A stretch of 64,000 bases of DNA from Cenarchaeum sp. (GTDB lineage: Archaea; Thermoproteota; Nitrososphaeria; Nitrososphaerales; Nitrosopumilaceae): the NCBI GenBank assembly GCA_963693095.2, contig OY843768.1:1696001-1760000 (forward strand), written 5' to 3'. This document shows positions 18,717-30,699 of the stretch, piece by piece; within the stretch, counting starts at the first letter, position 1; the number at the start of each line of letters is the position of its first letter. The translations under genes were made by a program, and so were the position numbers. The notes beneath the pieces were generated by a model. The model made no database searches. It saw only the letters and a list, made by a program, of their open reading frames with translations, and was not told the origin of the DNA.

Positions 18717-19915
18717 TCGTCCCACTGCCAGCGGTAGTTCATGTAAGAGTCGTCCTCATGGTCGCCAAACACCATGACTAGGTGCCCGGAGAACTCCCTG
18801 CCGACGAGATCCTCGACATTGCCGTCAAAGGAGCGCTCGCTGGACAGCGTGAGGTCCTCGTACACGCGCACGCGTATGGACGCCGTGGGCAGGCCGCCCT
18901 CATGCAGGTAGCGCGCCGCGTCAGCAGGCATGAACTCGAGGTCAGGCCGCTTGGGCCACGGGCGCGGTACTAGCACGACACACTCGCCGTCGATGAGGGC
19001 CTTTTTGAGCTCGACCTTTTTGCGCTCTATGGAGGACGTCACGTGCATCGAGATGATGCGGCAGCGATCGAGGGGAACGCGCGCGCGCGCGGCGGCGACC
19101 TGGATTGCGCTGATGCCCGGCACGACGGTGACTCCGCCAAAGACCTCGGCGAGGCGGTCGACGACCTCAGACTCTGAAAAGCTCGCATCGCCGGTGAAAA
19201 GGACACCGACGCTCCTCGCCGTACCGCCGGCGACCTCGCCGTACACACCCTCCTGGTTCCCCATGGTCACCTCGCGCACGTCCTTTTTGCCAAGGAGCGA
19301 CTCTGCTGTGCGCAACGCGCCTGAATACCCCACAATGACATCGCACGCGGCGATCGCCTCGGCAGCCGCGCGCGTCATCATCTCGGGCGCACCCGGCCCG
19401 ACGCCTATGGCATATGCGGCAATGCGCGCAGGCTCGCCGGAGCGTTCCCTGACAAAGGCGACGAGGGGTTCCCAGTCAACCCGCATGTACTTTGAGGGGT
19501 CCTTTGCGGGATACTTTACCCAGTCAAGAACGACGGAGAACCGGCGCTTCTCGGTTTTGCCGCCGCGCCTGTAGGCGAGGCGCAGCACGCTGCCCCAGGC
19601 CTTCTCCTCCCAATCCGCACTGAGCACGTCGCGAAGCGGAATCTCGTCGTTCTTTTCGTTCTCTAGATCGCGCGCTAGCTCGGCCTCGTCGTACCCGTCA
19701 TGCCTGATCATCACGTCAGGCGACTTTAGCAGCGAGACGGCCTGCCTCTGCACGACGGCCTGCCACCACCTCATCTTTGCCTCCGTCTTGTGGACAAACA
19801 TGATGTGCTTGTCAGTCAGGATCAGCATGCCCTCGCGGCCGCCAACGGCTATCCGCCTGTCGGCCTCGCGCCAGATCGAGACAACGTGCGCGCGTATCTG
19901 CTCACCCTCCTCCAT
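18677..19915 (-). CDS. fusion of an unknown (PH-like) domain and precorrin-6Y methyltransferase CbiE-like domain
   Basis: C-terminal IGVGPG, GDASFSE and VVPGISAIQVAAAR tetrapyrrole methylase motifs; about 160-aa N-terminal domain containing GMLILTDKHIMF. Confidence 0.75.
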   Translation of the reverse strand: MEEGEQIRAHVVSIWREADRRIAVGGREGMLILTDKHIMFVHKTEAKMRWWQAVVQRQAVSLLKSPDVMIRHDGYDEAELARDLENEKNDEIPLRDVLSADWEEKAWGSVLRLAYRRGGKTEKRRFSVVLDWVKYPAKDPSKYMRVDWEPLVAFVRERSGEPARIAAYAIGVGPGAPEMMTRAAAEAIAACDVIVGYSGALRTAESLLGKKDVREVTMGNQEGVYGEVAGGTARSVGVLFTGDASFSESEVVDRLAEVFGGVTVVPGISAIQVAAARARVPLDRCRIISMHVTSSIERKKVELKKALIDGECVVLVPRPWPKRPDLEFMPADAARYLHEGGLPTASIRVRVYEDLTLSSERSFDGNVEDLVGREFSGHLVMVFGDHEDDSYMNYRWQWDDQRGGKATETAVS

Positions 19916-20042
19916 GTGGGCTCGCCGGCTGACCCGTGGCGTTAAAAACCATATAGCAGGTTCTGCGCCCCGGCAGCACCGCCGCACAACGGGGCCCGAT
20001 CCGTGCGATTGGCTTTTATTCAAGCGCAACGGGGCGGCACGC

Positions 20043-21734
20043 GTGCGTGCCACGGCCGTGATCCTGATCGCAGCGCTCATTGTGGGTGCTGGCGCCCCGG
20101 CAGCCTATGCGCAGGGCGACGGGATGGCCATCGACGTCGAGCCGGCGATGGGCGGCGAGATGGCCGTGGAGGTTGAGCCGGCGATGGGCGGCGAGAACCT
20201 TGTGGTCATCGAGACTGTGGCCGGCACGTTCACGATTGAGCTATTTGACGAGGACGCGCCAAACCACGCCGCAAACTTTAGGGCACTTGCGGACTCGGGC
20301 TATTACAACGGAACGCTCTTTCACAGGATCATTCCAGGATTTATGATCCAGGGCGGAGACGACAACACGATAGACGGCGACTCGTCGACGTGGGGCCAGG
20401 GCGGGGCGGCCTTTGGGCCTGAAGAGTCGGTGGCAGCCGAGTTTAACGACATTCGACACATGCGCGGAATCGTCTCCATGGCGCGCTCTGCGAGCCCTGA
20501 TAGCGCCGGCTCGCAGTTCTTTATAGTGCATGACCAGGCGACGTTCCTTGATGGCCAGTACACCGCATTTGGGAGGGTTGTGACCACAGACAGCCTAGAC
20601 GCGCTAGACGCGATCGCCGCCCTAGAGACGGCCTCGTCTGACCAGCCGGTAAACCCCGAGGACGCAAGGGTGCTCGGCGCGTACACGATCATGCGCTCAG
20701 AGGCCGGCGAGCTGCTTGAGCTGGAGGCGCCGGAGCGACTAGCCGAGGACACGGAAAGCGAGGACGTGACAGCCGAGGAGCCCTCGCTTATAGATCCCAT
20801 AACGCTTGAGGACGGCGTATACACCAACAAAAAGCTCGGCGTGTCCTTTGAGCCGCCAGAGGGCTGGAACGTCACAGAGCTCCCGACTCCAAAGCAGAGC
20901 CCCAATGTCCCGGACATTGTGGTGGTCGGGCCCGCAGACGACAACCTGCCACCCGTCATATCAGTGGACATACAGTATATGGGAGACAGGACGCTTGATG
21001 CGTACATTGAGACGCGCAACGAGTCGCGCGCCGCGGCGATCGAGTCTGGCGAACTCGTCCTTGATGACCCCGAGGAGATCGAGCTTAACGGGCGCATGGC
21101 GATGAGCCAGGACGCGACGGGAACGTTTGTCACCAACGACGGCGAGGAGCAAGTCGCCTTTAGGGAGGTCATATTTGAGTCAGGCGACAAGTTCTATGGG
21201 CTCACCTACATGAGCACGAGCGCGGGCTATGATGCCAGCCTTGGCCTGTTCGAGGAGACGCTTGAAACGTTCATGACGTCCTCTGAGATGCCTGCTGATG
21301 CCGAGGCCGAGGCTGATGCCGAGGCCGAGGCTGATGCCGAGGCCGAGGAGATGACATCAGAGCCAGAGGGCGGCGGGTGCCTCATTGCGACTGCCGCATA
21401 CGGCACGGAGATGGCCCACGAGGTCCAGATCCTGCGCGAGACGCGCGACTCTGTCCTCGGCACCGCTACAGGCTCGGCGTTCATGTCGGCCTTTAACGGC
21501 GTATACTATGCGTTCTCGCCCACCGTTGCTGACTGGGAGCGCGAGAGCCCCGAGTTTCGCGCCCTCGTGAGGGCCCTCATCACGCCGATGGTCGCCTCGC
21601 TGTCGATAATGTCAGCCGCCGGCGATGATGCCTCAGACATTGGCGTCGCCTCGCTAGGCGCCCTAGTCATCGCGCTTAACGTCGGCATGTACGTCGCCGC
21701 ACCGGCGGCACTCGCCTGGCGCCTCAGGCGCTAA
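20043..21734 (+). CDS. exported cyclophilin-type PPIase with PsbP-like domain and CFI-box-CTERM tail
   Basis: FHRIIPGFMIQGG, SMAR...SAGSQFFI; C-terminal GGGCLIATAAYG...TM + RR; start approximate. Confidence 0.88.
   Translation: MRATAVILIAALIVGAGAPAAYAQGDGMAIDVEPAMGGEMAVEVEPAMGGENLVVIETVAGTFTIELFDEDAPNHAANFRALADSGYYNGTLFHRIIPGFMIQGGDDNTIDGDSSTWGQGGAAFGPEESVAAEFNDIRHMRGIVSMARSASPDSAGSQFFIVHDQATFLDGQYTAFGRVVTTDSLDALDAIAALETASSDQPVNPEDARVLGAYTIMRSEAGELLELEAPERLAEDTESEDVTAEEPSLIDPITLEDGVYTNKKLGVSFEPPEGWNVTELPTPKQSPNVPDIVVVGPADDNLPPVISVDIQYMGDRTLDAYIETRNESRAAAIESGELVLDDPEEIELNGRMAMSQDATGTFVTNDGEEQVAFREVIFESGDKFYGLTYMSTSAGYDASLGLFEETLETFMTSSEMPADAEAEADAEAEADAEAEEMTSEPEGGGCLIATAAYGTEMAHEVQILRETRDSVLGTATGSAFMSAFNGVYYAFSPTVADWERESPEFRALVRALITPMVASLSIMSAAGDDASDIGVASLGALVIALNVGMYVAAPAALAWRLRR
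21294..21347 (+). repeat. 18-bp coding tandem repeat x3 (ADAEAE linker)
   Basis: GCTGATGCCGAGGCCGAG repeated three times. Confidence 0.85.
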
Positions 21735-21745
21735 GACGAGCGCCC

Positions 21746-22258
21746 ATGCGCTCGCCGCACATCATCGCGCCGGCCATTGCCTTTGCGGTTCTCATCGCGA
21801 CTGTGAGCTGGGGCTGGCTTGCCGAGGACGTGCGCCCCCCGTGCGCCGGAAGCGACGAGGCGTCGATGTGCTGGCAGGGCCGCATTACGCGCATAGTGGA
21901 CGGTGACACGCTAGACGTTGACGGCGCACGCATAAGGCTCGCGCTAGTCGACGCGCCGGAGCTTGGCGAGGCGGGCTACGATTCGGCGACTGCAAGACTC
22001 GCTGAGCTCTGCCCAGTCGGCGCGCGCGCCGCAGTCGACGTCGACGATGCGCAGCCAGACGGCAGCCATGGGCGCGCCATTGCGACAGTCGCCTGCGAGG
22101 CCAACGGCATCGCCGTCATCGCCAACGCCGAAATGATAGACGGGGGGCATGCCGGCATTTATGCGCGATTTTGCGACATCTCTGAATTTGCCGTCGGCGC
22201 AGAGGCGGGGTCAGGCTGGGCGCACGAGGCGTGCTCGTCACTTCCCCCGACCCTATAG
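21746..22258 (+). CDS. exported thermonuclease (SNase-like)
   Basis: IVDGDT, IRLALVDAPE and HGRAIA motifs; N-terminal TM/signal. Confidence 0.85.
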   Translation: MRSPHIIAPAIAFAVLIATVSWGWLAEDVRPPCAGSDEASMCWQGRITRIVDGDTLDVDGARIRLALVDAPELGEAGYDSATARLAELCPVGARAAVDVDDAQPDGSHGRAIATVACEANGIAVIANAEMIDGGHAGIYARFCDISEFAVGAEAGSGWAHEACSSLPPTL

Positions 22259-22918
22259 CCTCTCTTGCCCCTGTCCTGGTGAGCGCATTATATCATATGC
22301 GCGCGCCGCATCGCGCTCGTTGAGTATCACCATGACAGCATCATGGCCAAAGAACGCGTTGACGAGCTCAATGCCCTCGTTATGGAGAATCTCTGTAACA
22401 TAGGAGACTATATCCGAGTGCGTGTGATCCTTTGGCACGGTGATTGTTATCTTTGCGAGCTGGCGGCTCAGGCGCCCCCCGTCGGCGGTTCCGCCCAAAA
22501 GGTCACGTGCTGCTGCCGCATCCTCCGTTATCACGCTAAACGTGTCAGCGAGCCTAAAGTACTCATAATCGTCGGTGATCTCGGCTAGCTTGCTGAGAAC
22601 CGAAAATGGATCCCTGCGAAAGTCGCGCATCGAAAAGCTCACGCCTAGCATGCCGTCAGTCAGCGAGAGGCGCGCGTCCTTGAGGGCGTCGTTTTCCTCC
22701 TCCTCCCCACTCTCAAACGAGTCGGCATAGCGCTTTATGGCCACGACGATCGTGTTGATGTTGGCCGGCGTGCCAGTAAGCCTCTCGACACCCGGCCGTA
22801 TGCGGGCGGCCAGGGCCGTATAGTTGGCGATGCCCAGCTTGACACAGTCATACAGCGAGCGATTGTGCGTGATTACCTCCCTGACAGCGTCATGTACTGA
22901 GGCTCCGGGCGCCTTCAT
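22253..22918 (-). CDS. ACT-domain-containing protein
   Basis: ANYTALA...IVVAIKRY N-domain plus C-terminal ACT-like fold. Confidence 0.75.
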   Translation of the reverse strand: MKAPGASVHDAVREVITHNRSLYDCVKLGIANYTALAARIRPGVERLTGTPANINTIVVAIKRYADSFESGEEEENDALKDARLSLTDGMLGVSFSMRDFRRDPFSVLSKLAEITDDYEYFRLADTFSVITEDAAAARDLLGGTADGGRLSRQLAKITITVPKDHTHSDIVSYVTEILHNEGIELVNAFFGHDAVMVILNERDAARAYDIMRSPGQGQERL

Positions 22919-22991
22919 GGAGGCAATAATGACCTGTCTCCTTTATTAGTCTATCACAACAAGGCCATACAAACGGCGATTATTTTATATT

Positions 22992-23009
22992 ATGTCATAT
23001 GTATGACAT
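22992..23009. promoter_or_regulatory. palindromic operator at the hsp20 promoter
   Basis: ATGTCATA-TG-TATGACAT lies between the TTTTATA box and the hsp20 ATG. Confidence 0.6.
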
Positions 23010-23015
23010 TATGTA

Positions 23016-23489
23016 ATGAAAAGCGAGATAGAGCGCCTCTTTGAGAGCCTCTTCGGGCCCACCATGGGCACGGGGTTCCAGGGAGGCCACGAGGCCTGCT
23101 CGCCCGGCTCGGTCTGCTATGGGTACACCATGGCAGTCGGCCCGGATGGCAGGCCGGTCATCAAGGAGTTCGGCAGCGAAGGCGCGACCCCCGAGAACGG
23201 TGCACGTGAGCCCCTAGTGGACACGATCACCAACGAAAAGGAGGGAACCGCCAAGCTCGTAGCCGAGATGCCTGGGGTGGAGCGCAGCGACATTGGCGTG
23301 TCTGTGGATGACAGGCGCGTCAGTATCGAGGCAGAGCACGGCGACAAAAGGTACAGCGTCGCCGTCCCCCTCAAGCGCAAGGTCGTAAAGGACTCCGCGA
23401 AGGCAACATACAAGAACGGCATACTGGAAGTAACCTTCCGGCTAGCAGAGGGTGAGAAGCCCCGCGGCCGAAAGGTGGAGGTCCAGTAG
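23016..23489 (+). CDS. hsp20: small heat shock protein Hsp20
   Basis: YGYTMAVGPDGRPVIKEFG, REPLVD, AEMPGV and ATYKNGILEV motifs. Confidence 0.93.
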   Translation: MKSEIERLFESLFGPTMGTGFQGGHEACSPGSVCYGYTMAVGPDGRPVIKEFGSEGATPENGAREPLVDTITNEKEGTAKLVAEMPGVERSDIGVSVDDRRVSIEAEHGDKRYSVAVPLKRKVVKDSAKATYKNGILEVTFRLAEGEKPRGRKVEVQ

Positions 23490-23514
23490 CCCTTCTTTTT
23501 TTTATGGTGAGTGA

Positions 23515-25671
<2,157 letters not shown>

Positions 25672-25698
25672 ATCACGCGCGCCGCGGCGTGCCGAGCA

Positions 25699-26805
25699 GT
25701 GGCTCGGAGCAACTATGACATACTCGGCCTCGAGGAGGGCGCTGACGAGAGGGAGGTTCAGCGCGCATTTCGCCGCCTCGCGCTGCGCTACCACTCTGAT
25801 CGCGGGGGCGATGAGGAGCGCTTTAAGGAGATAAAGCGCGCGTATGACGACCTTCGCGCAGGCCGCGCGCGCCAGACGACCCCGCCGGGAGCCGGCATGG
25901 ATGACAGCATCGAGTCGGCCAGGCGGAACACGGCCCTTGCGCGCGAGGTCACAAGAGAGATGCGCGAGGCCGAATCGTGGGCAGCAACGCTTGTTGCCAC
26001 GGCCGCCACGGGCACGCGCCTCTTTGGCTCAAAGTCCCTCGGCGAAGTCGAGCTTGAGCGCAGGGCAAACGGCGTCCTCTCGATAAAGGGCAACGTCATG
26101 GCCGGAACGATGCGCTACGCCGGCCCGATAACGGTGAGCGGGGCGATCACGAGCCCAACGCATGGTGCCGAGCCCACTGCGATAACTGCGACTGTGGGTG
26201 ACTTTATGATCCCCGGCGCTGTCGCCAACCGCTACAGGATTGAGAACGGCGCCATGATCACCGCCGAGAACGGCAACATTGCGGCAGGCAACGTCTTTGG
26301 AAAAAAACGGCGCATCGGAGACACCGAGGGCAGAGTCGGCGTCTATAGCGTGACAGAGTACAGGACACGGCTCTCGGCCCCCAACGGGACGATAACTGCC
26401 AACAATGCGTCAGGAACCGTCGAGCTTCGCGCACTGCGCGTGGAGGTCAACAACCTCCAGGACGACGTGATCGTCTCGGCGCGCGACATTGTCGTCCGGG
26501 GCAACTCGGTCACGCACGACGTCACGTTTCACGTTGGCGAGGGCGGCACGCTACGATTTATGGTGACCGGCTCGATACTTGGCCTAAGCGATGACGCGAC
26601 TGTCTCACTGGGCGATGGCCGCTCGCTGAGCCTGCGCGAGCTAAAGGTCAAAAAGATACGCGATATCGACGGCGCGAGACGGGATGCCGGAGAGGCGACG
26701 CTGGTCGGCGCGGGCCACGTCATCACGCGCGCGACGCTCGACGCCCTCGCCGGCGGCGAGTCGCTCGGATCGCGCCTGCGGGGCCTGGCGCGCAGGCGCC
26801 GCTAG
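25699..26805 (+). CDS. DnaJ-domain protein with beta-rich C-terminus
   Basis: NYDILGL...AFRRLALRYHSDRGG...FKEIKRAY. Confidence 0.85.
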   Translation: MARSNYDILGLEEGADEREVQRAFRRLALRYHSDRGGDEERFKEIKRAYDDLRAGRARQTTPPGAGMDDSIESARRNTALAREVTREMREAESWAATLVATAATGTRLFGSKSLGEVELERRANGVLSIKGNVMAGTMRYAGPITVSGAITSPTHGAEPTAITATVGDFMIPGAVANRYRIENGAMITAENGNIAAGNVFGKKRRIGDTEGRVGVYSVTEYRTRLSAPNGTITANNASGTVELRALRVEVNNLQDDVIVSARDIVVRGNSVTHDVTFHVGEGGTLRFMVTGSILGLSDDATVSLGDGRSLSLRELKVKKIRDIDGARRDAGEATLVGAGHVITRATLDALAGGESLGSRLRGLARRRR

Positions 26806-26834
26806 ACGCAGATAAATGAAAAAAGCCTTTCGGC

Positions 26835-27134
26835 TTATTGTATGAGCTCGTCCCAGCCTTTCACAAAGACGGAGTTCTTGTAGAGAGGCACTGGCTGGCC
26901 GACGGTGAAGTCCATCGGACGCATCCAGAAGATAGCCTTCGTCGGGCACACGCCTATGCATGCGCCATCTGAAATGCATCTCTCAGGATAGAAGACGAAC
27001 GCTTTGCCCCTCTTCCACCCCTCTACTGGTTTTACACGCAGGACATCAGGTCCGAGCGTTGTGCATATTTCCACGCATAGAGCGCATCCAATACACATCT
27101 GCTCGCTGATATCCGGCAGGATTGCCACTGGCAT
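26835..27134 (-). CDS. 4Fe-4S ferredoxin
   Basis: CIGCALCVEIC and CISDGACIGVCP motifs. Confidence 0.92.
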   Translation of the reverse strand: MPVAILPDISEQMCIGCALCVEICTTLGPDVLRVKPVEGWKRGKAFVFYPERCISDGACIGVCPTKAIFWMRPMDFTVGQPVPLYKNSVFVKGWDELIQ

Positions 27135-27206
27135 TACGATGCCAGCGCGCGGCGTAGTTAATATAACTTGCCCATATTCCCCAAATTATAACGACGTTAG
27201 CGCGGC

Positions 27207-27776
27207 TCATAACACCGTTTGAGGCCTGCCTGCCATCCCGCCCTTGAGGACCTCGGGGCACGCCTCGCCGTCGGCCCCCGCATGAACCCAGACCCACGTC
27301 GCATCGGCCCCCAGGGCCGTGACGCGCCTGCCCATGGGCACGAGTGCCCAGCCCGCCGAGTCTGGCCTGGCCATGCACGCCACGACGAGTGACGCGCCAG
27401 ACCGCCTAGCCATCGAGGCGAGCATCATGAGCGACGAGTTGACGGCCATCGTCTCGTGCGCGGCGCACGCGCGGTGCATGCCGTTTAGCGAGTCGATTAC
27501 GACGAGGCACGAGCCGCGCGAGGCGCGCGAGATTGCAGTGGCCATCGTCTCCCTGACGCGACCCGCAGGGCAGACTGCCTCTACGCGCCGCGCACGCCCG
27601 AGCATGCCGGCGGCGACGTGGCCAGAGTACATTAGGTCAAAGTCAACATACAGGACATCGCGACCCGCCTCGCCCACCGTTGCGCCGAGGATCGCCGCCT
27701 TTGCGAGGGGCTCGTCATACATGAGGACTGCGACCTCGCCGGCCCGAACGGCGATGCCTCCACGGTTTTTATCCAT
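27207..27776 (-). CDS. degenerate RecA/RadB-like fold protein
   Basis: VLYVDFD and LVVIDSLN (Walker-B-like); no Walker A; start uncertain. Confidence 0.55.
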   Translation of the reverse strand: MDKNRGGIAVRAGEVAVLMYDEPLAKAAILGATVGEAGRDVLYVDFDLMYSGHVAAGMLGRARRVEAVCPAGRVRETMATAISRASRGSCLVVIDSLNGMHRACAAHETMAVNSSLMMLASMARRSGASLVVACMARPDSAGWALVPMGRRVTALGADATWVWVHAGADGEACPEVLKGGMAGRPQTVL

Positions 27777-27805
27777 GCGCCACGCGCGCGCGGGCCGGCA
27801 TAATA

Positions 27806-28954
27806 ATGGAGGCCCCACAACCCCCAAGGGACGGCTTTGCGCACGGCGGGCGCGCATACCTCAACAACGCCTCCGTCTCGCTCCAGCCCCTAGAGTCCAT
27901 ACGCGCAATGGCCGACTTTGCGACAGAGTACTCCTCGATGGGCCCGGACTCGCTGGCCTCTGAGCCCTTTGTCAAGGAGACGCTCCGCTCGGCGCGCGAG
28001 TCGATCGCCACAGTCATCGGCTGCGAGCGCGACGAGGTCGTCCTGACGCAGAGCACCACTGATGGCATCAACATGGTCGCCGGCGGGCTAGACTTTGGGC
28101 CGGACTCGAACATTGTCATACGCGGCGGCGCGCACGAGCACCACTCCAACTATTACGCGTGGCTGCGCCTCGCGCCGCGAGTCGAGGTTCGCAGCGCGCC
28201 AATCGACGAGCACGGCAGGCTTGAGGACGGCGCGCTTGACTCACTAGTGGACTCGAACACCTCCCTCGTCGCGCTAAGCCATGCGCTCTACAACACTGGG
28301 GCGATCCTGCCGATCGAGGAGATCGGCTCCGAGCTGCGCTCGCGCGGAATCCCGTTCCTAGTTGATGCCGCGCAGACTGTCGGATGCATCGGCGAGCTTG
28401 ACGTGCACAAAATGTCATGCGACTTTATGTCCTTTAACGGCTCAAAGTGGCTCTGCGGCCCGATGGGCACGGGCGTCTTTTACTGCCGGCGCGGCTCTGA
28501 AGATCTCCTCACGCCGCTTGCCGTCGGCGGCGAGTCGGCAATGGTCCACGAGGGCACGATCGTAAACCGCGAGTCGCCGGACAGGTTCCAGGCGGGGTTT
28601 CGCAACTATGCCGGAGTCGCCGGAATGGATGCGGCCGTGCGCCACCTCGCCTCCCACGGCCTCGCGCGCATTCACGACACGGCATCCTCGCTTGCGACAC
28701 GCCTGCGCGAGGCAATATGCGAGATCCCCGGCGCGACAGTCTATGGGCCGCCTGATGCCGATGAGCGCACGAGCATCGTGCCCTTTACGCTTGACGCGCA
28801 TGACCCCAAGGACATTGTGCGGCGCCTCGAGTCGCGAGGAATGGTCCTGGCGGTCCGGGAGATTCTAGACACGCGCGTCGTGCGCGCATCGCCACACTAC
28901 TTCAACACCAAGGAGGAGATCGACGCGCTCGCCGCTGCGCTCGCGACGCTATGA
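27806..28954 (+). CDS. cysteine desulfurase / class V aminotransferase
   Basis: YLNNAS, EHHSN, VDAAQ, GSKWLCGPMG and RASPHYFN motifs. Confidence 0.92.
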   Translation: MEAPQPPRDGFAHGGRAYLNNASVSLQPLESIRAMADFATEYSSMGPDSLASEPFVKETLRSARESIATVIGCERDEVVLTQSTTDGINMVAGGLDFGPDSNIVIRGGAHEHHSNYYAWLRLAPRVEVRSAPIDEHGRLEDGALDSLVDSNTSLVALSHALYNTGAILPIEEIGSELRSRGIPFLVDAAQTVGCIGELDVHKMSCDFMSFNGSKWLCGPMGTGVFYCRRGSEDLLTPLAVGGESAMVHEGTIVNRESPDRFQAGFRNYAGVAGMDAAVRHLASHGLARIHDTASSLATRLREAICEIPGATVYGPPDADERTSIVPFTLDAHDPKDIVRRLESRGMVLAVREILDTRVVRASPHYFNTKEEIDALAAALATL

Positions 28955-29212
28955 CTGCGAGCCCTGCTCCTCTATAACCATCATCGTGAGCGTCGACTGG
29001 ACCCTGTTTATGCGCCTCACCTTGCTCGTGATTATGGATCGCAGGCGGGCCGCGTCGTCTGAGGAGAGGCGAAGGACGATGTCATACACGCCATAGACGC
29101 CCTGCATCTCGTACTCTATTCCCTCCTCGCCGTCAAGGCCCTCCTTGAGGGCGGCGATTATCGACTCATCAGAGCCGTGCTCGGAGTTGATCAGCACAAA
29201 GGACACTGGCAC
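28949..29212 (-). CDS. Lrp/AsnC ligand-binding (RAM) domain protein
   Basis: FVLIN...VYGVYDIVLRL...STLTMMV; GTG start at 29212. Confidence 0.85.
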   Translation of the reverse strand: MPVSFVLINSEHGSDESIIAALKEGLDGEEGIEYEMQGVYGVYDIVLRLSSDDAARLRSIITSKVRRINRVQSTLTMMVIEEQGSQS

Positions 29213-29332
29213 AGCCGAGGTTAGGGGTGAATCGCTATTTAATCCTTGACCGCTTTGCCGACCCCGCCATGCGCTAGAATCGCCGCACGGCCCCCAAAAG
29301 AGATAAAACGCGCACCGCAGCAGGGGCGCACC

Positions 29333-30691
29333 ATGGAACAACTCGCCGATGCGCCGGGGCACTCAGACCACGAGAACGGCGTCGAGATGGCGCGACTGGG
29401 CAACTATGAGGAGGCCGCCGAGTGCTTTGCGCGGGCCGCTGAGGCCGACGAGTCCAACGCCGAGGCCCACCGCCTCTGCGGCACGTCACTCAACGAGCTG
29501 AGGCGCCACGAGGAGGCCATAATCCACTTTGATGCCGCGCTCGCCGCAGACGAGACGCTCCTCGTCGCGCTCAACGACAAGGGGTATGCGCTATCTCGCC
29601 TCAACCGCCACGAGGAGGCCATGGAATGCTATGACAAGGCAATCAAGCTCGGCCTTGACACGCACGCGACCCACGACAACCGCGGCTATTCGCTCTCAAA
29701 GACCGACCGCCACGAGGATGCCATAAAGTCATTTGAGATCGCAATCGAGCGTGACAGCACGCACGCCGGAACGTACAACAGGCGCGGCTACTCGCTCTCC
29801 GTTCTGGGCCGCCACGAGGAGGCCATCGAGTCATTTGACATCGCGATCTCCACAGATCCAAACCACGCGGGCTCGCACAGCAACCGCGGCCATGCGCTAT
29901 CTCGCCTCGGCCGCCACGAGGAGGCCATCGAGTCATTCGATCGCGCGATCGAGATCAGCCCGCGACACTCTGGCACGTTCAACAACCGCGGCCACGCGCT
30001 CGCCGTTCTGGGCCGCCATGCCGAGGCCGTCGACTCGTTTGATCGCGCAATAGCACTCGGCTCGGCGCATGCCGGCACGCTAAACAACAAGGGCCACTCG
30101 CTCTCAAAGCTCGGGCGCTACGAGGAGTCACTCGAGTGCTATGACGCCGCAATCGCAAAGCGCCCGCGCCACGCCGGCATACTAAACAACCGCGGCTTTA
30201 CGCTCGCGCGCCTCGGGCGCCACGAGGAGGCAGTCGAGTGCTTTAATGCGGCCCTGGATGCCGGCACGCCGCACCTGGGCACGCTAAACAACAAGGGCAG
30301 GTCGCTCTCGCGCCTCGGCGACTATGAGGGCGCACTCGCGTGCTTTGATCTCGCCCTAGAGGCCTCGCCAGAGAACTATCACGCCAACAACAACAAGGCC
30401 CACGTGCTCGCGCGCCTCGGCCGCCACGAGGATGCCATCGCGTCATTTGACGCGGCCATAGAGTCAAACCCGCGTGACCACAGCGCGCACAACGGCAAGG
30501 GCCACTCGCTCTCAAAGCTCGGCCGCCACGAGGAGGCCGCCGAGTGCTATATGCGCGTCATCAAGGTGCGCGATGACGACTATGTCGCGCACAGCAGCCT
30601 CGCAAGAACGTTCTCCATTCTCGGCAGGGCCGAGGAGGCCTCGCACCACGAGGAGCGGGCCGCCGAGCTCGACCCCACGAGGGGCGGCTAG
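29333..30691 (+). CDS. tetratricopeptide repeat protein (about 12 TPRs)
   Basis: 34-aa periodic NNRG.SLS.LGRHEEAIESFD.AI; 102-bp DNA repeats. Confidence 0.93.
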   Translation: MEQLADAPGHSDHENGVEMARLGNYEEAAECFARAAEADESNAEAHRLCGTSLNELRRHEEAIIHFDAALAADETLLVALNDKGYALSRLNRHEEAMECYDKAIKLGLDTHATHDNRGYSLSKTDRHEDAIKSFEIAIERDSTHAGTYNRRGYSLSVLGRHEEAIESFDIAISTDPNHAGSHSNRGHALSRLGRHEEAIESFDRAIEISPRHSGTFNNRGHALAVLGRHAEAVDSFDRAIALGSAHAGTLNNKGHSLSKLGRYEESLECYDAAIAKRPRHAGILNNRGFTLARLGRHEEAVECFNAALDAGTPHLGTLNNKGRSLSRLGDYEGALACFDLALEASPENYHANNNKAHVLARLGRHEDAIASFDAAIESNPRDHSAHNGKGHSLSKLGRHEEAAECYMRVIKVRDDDYVAHSSLARTFSILGRAEEASHHEERAAELDPTRGG

Positions 30692-30699
30692 GTCACGCG

